A stretch of DNA of 64,000 bases from positions 1 to 64,000 of the forward strand of contig JAPMXV010000012.1 of NCBI GenBank assembly GCA_026936335.1, in the 5' to 3' direction. The notes below the pieces were generated by a model. That model did no database searches. It saw nothing but the letters and a program-made list of their open reading frames with translations, and was not told the origin of the DNA. Below, one piece after another: positions 32,423-45,395 of the stretch. Source of the stretch: Mantamonas sphyraenae STR306 (lineage: Eukaryota > Protista > CRuMs). The position numbers were made by a program, and so were the translations under genes. The stretch's first letter is position 1. Each line of letters begins with the position of its first letter.

Positions 32423-34376
32423 ATGTCCTACGACCCCAGTGAAGCGTCCAGCTCAAACTCAATGCCACGTGGACGTGGTGGGTCGGCACGCAGAGGAGGA
32501 GGCGGCTCTGTGCAAGCGTCGGTATGTGCCTGTGCAAGGGCTTCCGCAGGCCAACGGCCTCGTTCCCAGCCCCATCCCCCTCCAAGTCTCATCGCCCGCA
32601 ACCGGCCCTTGCTCACCCACCATCTACACAGTCATCTCTCACCTTCCTCCTCATGGAGAATGCTCTGGACAAGCTCAAGCTCCTCAACTACGAGAAGGAC
32701 TTTGCCAAGCCACGGTGAGTATTTTGGCGCCAGATCCCGCGCTCACGTGCCCGCCACCCAGCCAGCCCTTTGTACTATTTGCAACCCCTGTGAATGCACA
32801 GCCCGTGCCACCATCCACCTCTCTTTCCGCCTGCCCTGTAACCGCAACATACCTGTATGCCATCAGCACGGTGTTTCCTCGCTCACAACCGTTTCCCCCA
32901 GCAATCTGGAGCCGCTGCACCGCTTCTCCTTTGCCCAACCCCAGGAAAACACACATGAACAGTTTCTGTACTTTACACGCCTCATTGCTTGGCTCCTCAT
33001 GGAATTCAACAGCCATTTCATCCCGGAGCCCAGCCACTCGGACGATCCCAACTCGGTCGTCGCCAACATCCGTACGTAATCGACCCCGTTCTATGCACAG
33101 CAGCACAAGCCACTCACACTCCTTCCGTACCTGTTCCTATTCGCCTAAACCCAACCACAGTGATGGAGCTGAAGAAGAAAAACGTCGACACCAGCTTTCC
33201 CGCCCACCCAGCTCAAGGCAGGCTGGGGCGACGCTGTGTGCACCCTCCTCAACATGGTCCTTGACATGACTCTTACCAACACAGGCTTCACGTACCAAGA
33301 ACCCGTCCCGGTCGTCGACGAAGAGTGCGTTTTTTATGGCGCCTTTCGTCACCCCCGCACCACCCACACTCCTTGCCACTCACACCACACCACACCATCC
33401 ATTTGCATTCCCCACCCCAACCACCAGGGAGGAATTTGAAGACGTGGGCGGCGACGACTCGCTGCTGGACATGTCTGGCGCCCTGGACATCGAGGAGGAA
33501 GGGTCGGGCTTCCCCATGGGCGGCCTGGACGATGACGACGAGCTGGACGACGAGGACGACGACTTTCTGGCTATGGAATACGGCAAGGGAAAGGGCAAGG
33601 CTGGGGAAGGAGCCTCGTCGTCGTCGTCGTCGTCTTCGTCGTCATCAGCAGGCGTGGGCGGCAGTGGAGGCAGGCCTGCGAACGAACAGATTCTGGAGCC
33701 GAGCAGGAGCACAAAGGACTGGAAGTTGGAGTACGAACGGGTGCGACCCAACCTCAAGCTTCAAATCCGAAGGGACAACAAGGATTGGCGCTCGCACCAC
33801 GCGCAGCTGAAGGAGCACGAACACGCAGTGGGCAAATCGCTGGAGGAGACAAAGACGCGGCTGGACAAGTTCCGACAGCGCATCCAGGCCGACATCGACA
33901 GCATTCGCAGCAGCGAACGCATGGTAAACGACAACTGCAAGGAGATGGGAGGCGAGTATCGGGAGGCCAAGGAGAAGCTGGACCAGCGCAAAGAGGAGTA
34001 TCGGCGCACGCGTGCCAAGGTGGACGACCTCACCAACGAACTCGAAAGCTTGGCGGGTCTCCTGGCCGAGGTGAAGGAGCAGACCGAACAGAAGGAGTCC
34101 AACATGACGGACCAGTCGCCTGTGGTGCGCATCAAAAAGTCGCTCAGCAACATCAAGAAGGAGGTCCGCGACATGGAGGTGCGCATCGGTGTGCTGGAAC
34201 ACACCCTCAATGCTGCCCGTCTCAAGAAGCGTTCCCAGCTCGAGTCGAGCATCCGCGAGCCCGAAGGCGACACAGAGGCCATCCGCACCTTTCTCAACGG
34301 CGCCGGTTCGTCCGGCCAACGCGGCGGCGGCCCACAGGACGACGAAGACGAGTATGAAGCGTTTGGCGTGTTTTGA
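32423..34376 (+). CDS. IFT57: Intraflagellar transport protein 57, multi-exon, with an apparent 1-nt insertion at ~33199-33202
   Basis: LDKLKLLNYE, EQFLYF, DDPNSVVANI, LKAGWGDAVC, WKLEYERVRPNLK, DNKDWRSH, MTDQSPVVRIK..MEVRIGVLEH. Confidence 0.93.
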
Positions 34377-34456
34377 GACGCCCATTCCCCGTGTTTGTGT
34401 GTGTTTGCTCATTGCTCTTGTGTTGCTCGATCCTTGCCAACCCATTTTGCAGCAAA

Positions 34457-37138
34457 ATGTCGGTCCGGTTTGCCGAACCCGAACCACACGGCGGCGGCGG
34501 CAGTGGCGGCCGGCCACACACGTCCGGCCCTGATCCTCGTCTGATCGTGCCGAGGAGTGGCCACTATAATGGCAGCGAGGATGCAGACGCGTCTGGCTCT
34601 GCCTCCATGGGCTCCAGCGCCACTGGCAGCAGTGCAGGCTCTTCCTCGCGCGGCGCTGGCTTTGGTGACCAGCTGCGACGAATGGCCACGTCGCGCGGCG
34701 GCACCTCTCCAGAGAAGCCGCCACGAGCCATCGTCACTCACGAAGCTGTGGGATTGGACAGTCCTGCACCCAAGGCCACTCCCGGCAGCAGCAACAGGGC
34801 GAGTGGCACAAGCAAGCAGCAGCAGACGCACAACGTGCCAGAGCTTCGCATCGACGGTCCCGAGGAAGACGAACCAGAGGCCGTACGGGCCTCCACAGAC
34901 ACAGTGCGAGTCAACCGCGAAGACGTGGCTCTGGTGGCCATTGATTGGCGACAGAGTGTCGTCGAGAGCTGTCTGCAGCCGGCCATTCTTGACCAGACAC
35001 GCGAGCAAGTGCAAGCCGACTTTGATTCCCTCGAACGTACCGATGCCGACACCGTCGTCTTTCGTGACGGATACGAACGGTATGTTTGGCCATTTTGCTG
35101 TGCCATGTCTTGTTGGCCCTTCCCTCTCCTTGCCTTCCCCCCCTGACTGTGCAATGTCCGTCCTCCTCTGCCGTCGCTAACACACACGCTGGAATACTCC
35201 GCAGCGAAATCGAGCTCGACTTCAACGAGTTTGTCATCTTCAAGGCCATCTCCTCCGATCCCAAGTTTGTCTTTGTCAACCTGCGTCTGGCCTTCCAGAT
35301 CATGGACTCGACAGGCCAGGAGCAGGTGCTGCGTGCCGATTTCGTCAAGTATGCGCCGTTGCTGAACGTGTGCGACGTGATTTCCGCCGGCAAGTGCGTT
35401 TCCGTGCCCACTCGCTCTTGTCCCACCGCCCGTGTCGCCAGGCTTGCGTTTCCCACCGTGTCTCCATCCTCTGCACACGCAACCAAGTCTCCGCGACCCC
35501 ACCGCACACATCTCACACCGCCCGCCCATGCCATCCCCTCGCCATGCAGGATATTTGACTGCCTGGCCGCGAAAGAATCCCGCGACGGCGTCGAGCCCGT
35601 GCTCCTGTTTGCCGAGTTTGAAAAGTACGTGGTGGCCCTGCGCAAGGGATACCGTGTGAACAAGAAGTGGGAGGATCTCAAAGCCAAGCTGCACTTTGAT
35701 CCCGCCGAGGTACTGCTGCAGCACAGTTCGGGCGTCGCCGACCACACCGACTTTGCCCTCGGCCACCCGGGCCTCCTCTTTCTCTCCAACCAGCATGTAT
35801 ATCTGGAGAGCACCATTCTGCGCAGAGGCAAAAATCATGGATCTCGGGTCCATCGCCTCTGTCCACAAGAAGAAGATCGGCATCTTTGGCGTCGACAACG
35901 GCATCGAGGTAGGTGTGTGTGTGAGAGAGAGAGACAGAGAGAGACAGCTTTTCTGTGCACCACCCTTGTCACATGCATCCAACCACCAAGCAGGTACAAC
36001 CCACTCACACTCACACTGACACACTCACTCGCGGCTCGCGGCTGTAAAGATTGTCGGTGAGGATCCGGCGAGCAAGCACGTCATTGTCAGCTTCAACAAG
36101 GATCGTGACCGCTGGTTCAGCTATCTGGAAGAAATGGTGTTTGTACACCGAAAGGCCAGGGAGCTGGAGGAGGCCAGCATGGCGGCAGCAGACGACGGGA
36201 GCGGCAGCGGGGCCAGCTCCAGCTCCAACTCGAACAACCACAGCCACAACGCGGCCAACACCATCAATTATCTCATCGACGTGGCGACACACAACATTAT
36301 CCGGGCCAAGGCCATCCACAAGGCCACAGGCAACACAAACGTCGACTACTTCCTGTGCAAGTCGATGAACAGGGACGGGCGTTTGCAGAGTGGCGCCGGC
36401 GCTGCTGCAGACATGATGTGGAGCTACAAGCTCTTCCGTGGCTTCCTCTCCAACTTCACCGAGTCACAGGACATCGCCACGGAGGAGGAAGCCGAATCGG
36501 CGGATGAACCCTTCCAGTACAAACGGTTCATCGGCAACATCGACCGCCTCATCCTGCTCCTGGACCCTGTGTTCCAGGTGTTCTCCTACATATCCGGCGT
36601 GTTTACGTGGAAAGCCGTGTCCACCTCGCTGCTGTATCTGCTGTTGTGTCTGTACGCGGTGTACAACGACCTCTTGGGCTACGCTGGCGTGCTGCTGTGC
36701 CTGGCCAATGCTGCGCTCGTGGGCTGGTGGGGCTTTCTGGACTATTTGGAGCGCGACCAGCTGCGTGTGGCGCGGCAACCGGGAGACAAACCGCCCGAGG
36801 TGGCTGGGAAAGACAAAACGTCTGTGTTTACCATTCTACGGGTCATCCAAAATACTGTGGGAGACATCAACGTGGTGCTCATCAAGATCCGCAACCTATA
36901 CGTGTGGCAGGTGCCCTGGATGAGCAAGGTATTCTTCGGCGCCCTTTTCCTCCTCGCCCTCGTGCTCCTCTTTGTGCCCTTTCGGTACATCTTCTTCCTC
37001 GTCGTTCTCGAAGGTTTCACCCTCAACAATCTGTTCAACCGCTTCCCACGCTTCAAGGACAACTACGACGTCGTCGGCCGTTTCTGGAGTCAGATCCCGG
37101 CCACTTACGAAGAGTTGGACAGGCCAAAGCAGAGTTGA
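34457..37138 (+). CDS. GRAM/PH-like domain plus a GRAMD4/MCTP/DUF639-type membrane C-terminus, multi-exon, with an apparent 1-nt insertion at ~35830-35834
   Basis: HPGLLFLSNQHVYLE..LGSIASVHK..NGIE; C-terminal IQNTVG..KIRNLYVWQVPWMS..LLFVPFRY; degenerate EF-hand-like segment. Confidence 0.7.
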
Positions 37139-37395
37139 GTCGGTTCGTGTGTCTGCGCAATGGAATCGTGCCCGTTGTTTGTGTCATTGTGTCATTTTCC
37201 ATGCACAGCCGCCCGCTGCGCACCCCTCTTTGATCAGCGTCTCCGGACCCTGTCCATGGGTGGCCAAGAATGCCATTCACCTGGATCGAATGAAACACAG
37301 GGTGCATAGAAACGGGCAAGAGTCGACGGCAGCGTCGCTGATCTGAACTGTGAGACCGATGAGCGGCCGCGCCCCTCCAGCAACCACAAACGCAG

Positions 37396-38562
37396 ATGCA
37401 GGCCCCCGTGAGCGAGGATGACATCGAGGAGATGATCGAGCGTGCAGAAGAGGACGATCCCCTGCTCAACGTCATCAATTACATGCAACAGCGCCTGGAC
37501 ATGGCCCACATCGAGAGGCTCATCAGCAGCCTGCACACAAACACACAGTTGCAGAAGCTCTATCTGCGCAACATGCAGCTGGGAGACGAGGGAGCCATCT
37601 TTTTGGCCGAGGTGCGTTGTGTGTCCGAGTGTGCGCCTGGTTGAATGTCGTGCAGGTCCCGTCCCTGCCCTGTGGCCGAAGAGATTCCTCGTTCCTCGGC
37701 CGTGGAGGCTGCAGCCTGTGGACGACGGAAAACCTGTCTCCTTACCAGCCAGCTGACACCCCACTGTTGCCACAGATGCTCAAGAGCAACCGTTCCATCA
37801 ACGACCTGGACTTGTACGGCAACAAAATTGGCACTGTGGGTGCGGTCGCCCTGGCAGAGGCGCTGCGAGGTGAGTGAGAGACGGCTCCCCTCTCGATTGG
37901 GACGAGCGAGACGCAGCCACTCAACTGACGCGCGTGCGGGTACAGAAAACGACGTGTTGGATCAATTGAGTCTGGGCAACAATCCAGTGCAGGACGAAGG
38001 CATGCAAAGCATCATGGAAGCGTTGACGGGCGTCAACAACACACTGACGGTGCTGGCGGCCAACGCGTGTCAAGTGACGGACAAGAGTGCACCGGCGGTG
38101 GCCAAGATGCTGGCCGCCAACACGTCACTGTGCACATTGATCCTTCACAACAATCGCATGGGTGACAGCGGCGCTCAGCAGGTGCTGGAGGCACTGGACC
38201 AGAACCCGTGCACAAGTGTGTTTATGGAGACAGGCAACCGCCTCAGTGGCCAAACTGTGGTTGCCCTCAAGCTCGCTTGCTCTGTGTTGGGCTTGGAGAC
38301 ACGCAAGCGTCTGCTTTCAGGCGAATCCAGTGCGCTGGTGGCCGAGGCCGAAGACGCTGGCTTTGACGCAGACTTTGACATTGCCGCCCTGGGTGACATC
38401 CCCATTGAGGGCGAAGACATGGCGTCCAACATTCAGTATGACGATGGTGACGACGACGAGGACGCAGGAATCACATTCAGCGACGACGAAGACGAGGACG
38501 ACGGCGTGATGCTCATGACCCGCAACCTTGCCTCCACGCCCATCAACGATTCGTTCCTCTGA
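37396..38562 (+). CDS. RNI-like leucine-rich-repeat protein, 2 introns
   Basis: LQKLYLRNMQLGDEGAIFLAE, LDLYGNKIGTVGAVALAEAL, LSLGNNPVQDEG. Confidence 0.88.
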
Positions 38563-38572
38563 CTGACTGCTT

Positions 38573-38608
38573 TGATTGATGGATTGATTGATTGATTGAT
38601 TGATTGAT
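38573..38608. repeat. (GATT)n tetranucleotide microsatellite between two convergent stop codons
   Basis: About 9 imperfect GATT units. Confidence 0.9.
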
Positions 38609-38623
38609 TTGGAATGCACATCC

Positions 38624-38751
38624 TCACAGCAACAACAGCTCGGGCTTCTCCACGTTGCGTTTGAGCTCCTGCAGAAACTGCGCCCCGACGGCACCGTCAA
38701 TGACACGATGGTCACAACTGAGTGTCATGGAAATCATGTTGTCAAACACAA

Positions 38752-38790
<39 letters not shown>

Positions 38791-39900
38791 CAGTGGTCAC
38801 GGCGACCACACGCGGCACCTTTTCGAGGTTGCCCACAGCCAGGATGGCGCTCTGGGGCGGGTTGATGACGGCGGTAAACTTGCGGATGCCCATCATGCCC
38901 ATGTTGCTGATGGAAACGGTGCCTCCCTGGTACTCGTGTGGCTGCAGGCGACCATCGCGAGCCTTGGCCACCAGCTCCTTGGTCACTTTGGCAATTTGGA
39001 CGGCGCCCTTGCGATCCGCAGCATGCACAATGGGTGTGATGAGTCCCTTGGGCGAGGCAACGGCCATGGACACGTCCACTTGATTGTGCTGGCGTATGGA
39101 GTCGCCCTGCCAGGCCGAGTTGACGACGGGATGGTGGCGCAGTGTCTTGGCCATGCTCATGATCAGCATGTCGTTCATGCTGATCTTGACGTCCTCCTGC
39201 TGCGCATTCCACTTGGAGCGCAGTGCCATCAGAGCGTCCACCTGCACTCGCACTGTCAGATAGAAGTGTGGCGTGTCCCTCTTCGATTCCGTCAACCGCT
39301 TCGCAATCACTTTGCGCACATTGTCGGCCTTGATGTCTGTATACACCTGCTGGCCATGCAGCCTCCTCCTGCGTGAACCTGGCGTCCCTGGCCCGGAGCC
39401 TTCGCCACCACTTCCGCTTCCGCTTCCGCTGCTGTTGCTGCTGCTGCCGATGCCAGCGCCGGTCGACACGGCGTTGCCCTCTCTTTGCGAGGATTCCTTC
39501 CAGTTGCCGCTATCCAGAGCGCTGAGCACGTCCCCCTTCAGCAGCATGCCTTGTTTGCCTGTGCCCTTGATCGACGTCGGATCCATCCCGTGTCGCTGCA
39601 CAAGCATCGCCACAGCAGGCGACAGAAACCCTGGCCGCCATGCCTTTTCACGCCGAAAATTCGCCGCCCAACATGCCCGTTTGCCGTGTCAGCACGCCCT
39701 GTGAATGTGTCCCACTGCCATTTCCACGCCCATAGCCTAGCACTCGTGACTGTGCTGAGCATGCTGCCCACGCACTGTATTCACGATGCCAGCAATGGAG
39801 GTGGAGGCCGGTGCCAAGCACTCACCTGTGTGGCCATCGTCGCCGCGACTTTGTCGACCCCGCGTGCATGCCCTACGCTAGTTGCCCGTCGCGCAAACAT
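38624..39900 (-). CDS. Pyruvate dehydrogenase E2/E3BP-like acyltransferase (PSBD plus catalytic domain; no lipoyl domain seen); 5' exon structure uncertain
   Basis: LSPAV..GTGKQGMLLKGDVL, RKVIAKRLTESK..PHFY, GLITPIV, QGGTVSISNMGM, INPPQSAIL, LSCDHRVIDGA; probable first exon MFARRATS from 39900. Confidence 0.85.
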
Positions 39901-40057
39901 GTGTCCTCTCGTGCCTTGGGTTCTCTTGCGTGTGTGTATGTATGTGTGTGTGGCGGGTGCTGAGAGAGGCGGGAGAGCGAGAAGGAAACGAGGGTTTCGC
40001 GTGTGTGGGGTTTTGTTTTTTTTTGGGCTGCACTGGCACGTGCCATCTTGCTCTGTC

Positions 40058-40227
40058 TCACTGGATCAGGTTCAGACCCTTGATGATGTCCGGGTTGCGC
40101 AGTGCTCCCTCTTTGTACTCGGACAGGCTGATCTTGCCGTCGCTGTTCTCGTCCATCTCAGCAAACAATCGGTCCACAAAGTCGCTCGCAGACTCGTATT
40201 CCTCGCCAGACATGGTCACCAGCTTGC

Positions 40228-40265
<38 letters not shown>

Positions 40266-41155
40266 GCGTGAGCACGTGCCGTTGCGGTGCGTGCGGTGCC
40301 ACGCTGCCCCTGCCCTCGTACCATGAACGTGAAGAAGCTCTCCATGATCTTGGTCATCTCATCCTTCGAGATGAATCCGTTGCCGTCCAGGTCGTACATG
40401 TTGAAGGTGACTGTGCCAGTGTGTGCGGTGCAAAACGGCGAGCGCGTGTGAGCAAACCTGTGAAAATGGGTTGCCACCCACACAAGAAACCTACACTCCA
40501 GCTTCTCCTCGGCGTCGCCACGCGTCATCACGCTCAGTGCAATGATAAACTCGTTGAAATCGATGGTTCCGTCGCCGTTGTGGTCGAATGCCTTGAACAC
40601 AAGGTCCTGTGTGCAGCGTGTGTGTCAGCCGCCAAAAGTCCAAATCCAAAATCTGGCGGCCCTCCCTTTTTCCGTTTTCGTCACTGGCGCCTCGTCCTAT
40701 GAACACGCATGCGCGTGATTTCACAGCAGCCACCGTTCCGCTGCACACCATCACAACGCTACGCTCGCTGCGTGTCCGGCCCTGTATCCGCTGCCCTTTC
40801 TTGCGCGACCTACCTGAAGGAAGCTATCCACCACGCCGATTTTAGACCTGCCGGGAGTGCTCGTTCCGTGTCAGTTTCATTCCGTCCCAGCGCTTCAGGC
40901 TGACGCTCCACGATCACGTGCCACTGCATCCATGTCTGCATGTGCTTCTTTGTGCAAGTGGCGTTCATCTCCAGCTGCCTGCTACCCTACGACGTACATG
41001 GTCTCGCGGAACTGCTCCTCCCCGATGAAGCCGTCCTCAGCATCAAGCTGGAACTGCTTGTGGATGGCCTTGAGCTCACTCTGGTCGTAGTGTGTTTGCT
41101 CCACCAGGCTCTCCACGTCCTCCTTCTTCAATCCCGACGATTTGCTGTTGCCCAT
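40058..41155 (-). CDS. Neuronal calcium sensor/frequenin-like EF-hand protein, copy 1, 4 introns
   Basis: MGNSKS myristoylation motif; FDHNGDGTIDFNEF, YDLDGNGFISKDE, MDENSDGKISLSE; 34-nt internal exon at ~40814-40847. Confidence 0.9.
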
Positions 41156-41446
41156 TTGGCTGTTGGCGAGTGGTTTGTGTGGCCTCGTCCACGCAAGCCC
41201 ATCAGATGATGGACGCCATCCTCACCCACGACACTGACAATGAGACAATGAGTGTTCAGAGTGCTCCAAGTGTTGCAGAGTGCAGAGACCACATGGCATG
41301 GCATCTGCCCCCTAAAACGACACGCGGGACCAAATGGACTCTAGTAATACTCCAGAGTGCATTGCTTCACTGTCTCGGTTTCGCCTCTCCCACGCTGCCA
41401 CACTCCCAAACATCCCAATGTCTCCTCCTCCAACCATGCACGCCAT

Positions 41447-42172
41447 CTAGTTGAACAACTTCAGCCCCTCAACAATGTCCGGGTTGTTCAAGCTCCCTTC
41501 GCGGTACTCGTCAAAGCTGATCATGCCGTCAGTGTTTACGTCAAACTCGTTAAACACGTGATCCACAAACGACTCTGCGTTGCCAAACTCCTTGCCGCTG
41601 GCCAGTTTGAACGAGCCCACGAGCTTTGCAAACGAGCGAAAGATCGAGCCCAGCTCGTCCTTGGTGATGAATCCATTGCCGTCCAGGTCATACATGTTGA
41701 ATGCAACTACGCCACCATGCCAACAAACGATGCGAGTTGGTGTGCCCCTGCGTCAGCTGTGTGCGCCAATCTCGCGGCACCAAACGGCCGACGATTCCGC
41801 CCCGGCGTTCCGCACCCTCTCTTTTCGCCTCTGCTTACGCCTCGCCCATGGCACGCCTCCACACCACTTACAACGAAGCTTCTCGTCCGCTTCTCCACGC
41901 ATAATTACGCTCAGCGCAATCAGAAACTCGGAAAATTGGATCACATTGTCGTTGTTGGTGTCAAAGGCCCGAAACACTACGTCCTGAAGCAGCTCGTCCT
42001 TCACTCCTAGCTCCACCATTGTCCCACTAAAATCGTCTCTGTTCAGATGGCCCTCTGGTGCGTCCACCAGGAATTGCTTGTGGATGGCCAGCAGCTCGTC
42101 CGCGTCAAAGTGTGTGCACGCCTGAAGCTTCACCACATCCTCGCTGCTCAATTTGCTTTCATCGTTCCCCAT
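41447..42172 (-). CDS. Neuronal calcium sensor/frequenin-like EF-hand protein, copy 2, 1 intron
   Basis: MGNDESK; FDTNNDNVIQFSEF, YDLDGNGFITKDE, FDVNTDGMISFDE. Confidence 0.9.
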
Positions 42173-42388
42173 GTTGTCCTCTCTCTCTGTCTCTGTCTCT
42201 CTGCCCTAACTATCAAACTCTGGCGTCAACCACACTCACTCGAGAGTCCTTGTTTCCACCGGCGCCACTCGTCCCACACTGTGCAAAGTGCTTGCATTGT
42301 TCATGGCAGGTTCTCTCACACACACACTCTCTCTTTCTCCAAGGCTGCGCTGGCCCAACACAGGCCCCGCTTTGCCGTTGCCATTGCT

Positions 42389-43588
42389 TTAGAGGTCGTA
42401 ATCGTCGGCCGGGTCGTTGTACCCGCCAAAGTCGTAGCCATCTTCGCCGCGAGAGGGCAGGGCGTTCTCGTCAGCGGGCACCTCGGCGTCAAAGTACGTC
42501 TCCATGATCTTGAGCGCCTTCTCGTAGATGTCATGGTTCTCGTGCTCCTGCAGCTGGTCGATACGCTCGTCGCCGTCAAAGTCCTCAATGATCTCAACGT
42601 ACTCGTTCACGCCTCCATGCTCCATCGCCTCCACCTTGCCCACATACAGGATCTTCTCCAGTCCCTCCAGTGCCACCGTCAGGATGCGAGCGTCGTGCAC
42701 AGTAAGCAGGTCCACCATGGGCTGGATAACGCCGTAGCTCACCAACTTCTTGATCTGCTCGTTCGTGCCACCCGATGCTGCGTTGGAGATGGCCCATGCC
42801 GCTTCCTTGCGCACATCAAACTCGGCCTTGTTCAGCGTGTCGATGAGCAGCGGCACAATGTCCGAGTCCAGAACCATCTGGATTTGGCTCTTGTTGCCGG
42901 CCGTGATGTTCGACACAGCCCAGCAGGCCTCCTTGCGGATGCCCTTGCGTGTCGAGTTCATCAAATGCGCCAGACCGTCCAGCACGTTGTGCATCATCAC
43001 CTCCTGCGTCTGCGTGTCGTCGCCCGTCACGATGTTGCCCACCGTGCGCAGCGCAGGCGTCTGGATCGAGACGTTGCGGTGCGACAGCATGTCCACCACA
43101 CGGCCTGCCACATTGGCGTCCAACACCGCCTGGATTTTGTCGTTCGGTCCGTCGCTCAGGTACGACAGAGCCCACAGTGCGTCAGCAATCACCTCGTCGT
43201 CGTCCGTCCAGATCAGCGTGAACAGCGTCGGCAGAGCCTGCGACACAATCTCAAAGTTGGGCTGCGGCTTGCCACGGCAAAAGTTGCTCAGCGTCCACGT
43301 GGCGTTGCGCACCAGCGACTGACGCGTGTTATCGATGTCGTCCAGCGTGCCCAGGAGCAGAGGCAGTGCATTCTTGCTCAGCACGTAGTCACGGCACTGC
43401 CACGAGTCGCCTGCAATGTTGCCCAGCGCCCAGATGGCCTGCTCGCGCACGTCGTCCGAGTCCGACTCCAGCAGCGGGATGAACGCGTCCACAGCGCCCT
43501 CGTCCACGACTTCGCGCGTCTGGTCCGACGTACCCGACGCAATGTTTGTCAGGGCCCATGCGCACTCAAACTGGAATATGAATGTGAA

Positions 43589-43619
<31 letters not shown>

Positions 43620-44493
43620 CCAGCAGGCGTTAGTTTCCGCTCCTGCTGATTCCCGCCCATGCACATCCCCCCCTGCAGCCCATGCCACACCCGACAATCC
43701 TGTCCCCACACGCTTGCGCACTCTCTCTCGCTAGTAGCCCTTCCACACACGCGTTGCCGTCCCGTGCACACGACGCCACGCACGCGTCGGCGCACAGGTG
43801 AGCGATCCGTGATCAGGAAATCGCGAAAAAAAGCTCAGCACCACACGTCCGCCTTGTCGCTCTGCTCGCTTACCTGAAGCTGAACGTCCTTTGCGTGACG
43901 CAAAAGGTCCACCAGGTGCGGCACAACACCGCACTTGATCACCGCGTCGATCGGCGGGCTCTTTTCAATGGACAGCAGGCGTCGGAACTGCTGCACGCTT
44001 TCAAGCTGCTGCTGCGGATCCGTGCTCTCAACTCCCAGCACAAGCATCTCGATGTTGTCCAGCTCTGCACGTCCAGTCCGACACCACCGTCACCGCACAC
44101 CACGTGCGCACGCACAACACACACACAGCCAAGCGCAATCGTTCCCAACACGTGTGAGCGGAAACCAAGCACCTGTGGCGTACAAAAATTTCCACGCGCC
44201 TTTTTCCAACGGCCACTCTGCACCCTCGCTCATCATCCCCCATGGAACTCCTGCCACCGTGCACACTGCCTACACCCTACTCGCAACTCACTCTCACGGA
44301 TCTCCGAGTCCAACGCCTTGTAGTCCTGCTTCTTGGTGATCTCACGGCGGCGCTTCGTCAGGAGCTGGTCGCGCTTCTGCTTGCGGATGCTCTGCGTCTC
44401 ATTTTCGCGGTCGCGGCGTGCCGAGTTGGCATCCAGTGCCGACTTGTATTTGTCCCTGCGACGCTGCAGACGGGGGTTCATATCTTCGCTCAT
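42389..44493 (-). CDS. KPNA: Importin subunit alpha (karyopherin alpha), 2 introns
   Basis: IBB domain ([13 protein letters not shown]), [46 protein letters not shown]. Confidence 0.96.
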
Positions 44494-44606
44494 GATGATT
44501 GGTGATGGGTGTGGTTTTGTGGAAATTCCGTTGTTTTGGCTGCGCGCCCAGCTGTTTCCCCATCCCATCCCACACGCCACAAATCTCTTCCGACACTTTT
44601 CCCCGT

Positions 44607-44963
44607 TCAAAAAAACACAGCCTGCTGCGGCTTCTTCTTCTTTTTGCTCTTCTTCTTGTCTCCCGAGCTGCTGCTGCTGCTCTGGCTGCTGTTGGACGAC
44701 GAGTTGCTGTTGCTGCTGCTGCTCGATGACGTCTCTTCCCACTCGGGGAAGCACTCGCTCACAGAGCTCTTGCTGTGCTTGCTGTCGATGTGCTCCTGCA
44801 GCACGTTCTTGTTCACTGTGCACAGAAACGTCTGGCGGCACACGCTGCACTGCACATTCTCCGCCGCCTTGTTTGCTTCCAGCTGCGACTTGCCACCCGC
44901 TGCCTTGGACGCCTTGGCCAGATTCCTCTCACGCTTTTGGGCAGATCGGTTTCCGTTTCCCAT
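44607..44963 (-). CDS. 4F5/SERF plus C2H2 zinc-finger protein (ZNF706/At2g23090-like)
   Basis: MGNGNRSAQKRERN..KSQLEANKAA..QCSVCRQTF..EHIDSKH..CFP. Confidence 0.88.
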   Translation of the reverse strand: MGNGNRSAQKRERNLAKASKAAGGKSQLEANKAAENVQCSVCRQTFLCTVNKNVLQEHIDSKHSKSSVSECFPEWEETSSSSSSNSNSSSNSSQSSSSSSGDKKKSKKKKKPQQAVFF

Positions 44964-45395
44964 GATTTCTTGTTTGCTTGCCTTTGCTGTGGGTTGCCCA
45001 CACGTACGCCCTCGCCGCGTCAGCCACTCTTGCCCAGCTTCTCATGCAGGCCACCTACCCTGCCCTTCTCTCGGACATCTGACCTGTCCAAGCCCCCATG
45101 CACACCGTCCCCACCTTCTCCCATCACACTTCCCACCCTTGTGCACGCCAATGCAACCCCTCGTGCTCCTGAGCACTCCATCTGGCCTCCGTTCCCGTTT
45201 GCTGCGAATGCCCAACAGCCACATCACACCCCTTTCTCCTCTTTTGCCTCTGCGTACGTCGACGCACACACACACACGCATGCAAGTGTCCAAGTCACAC
45301 ACAGCCCAACCCTCTTGCACGCTTGTTTCCACTTCTCACCTTGCACGATTGGCCGCTGTGGCGCAGACAACGCTTCCCCTTCTCTGCTGCCGCCC

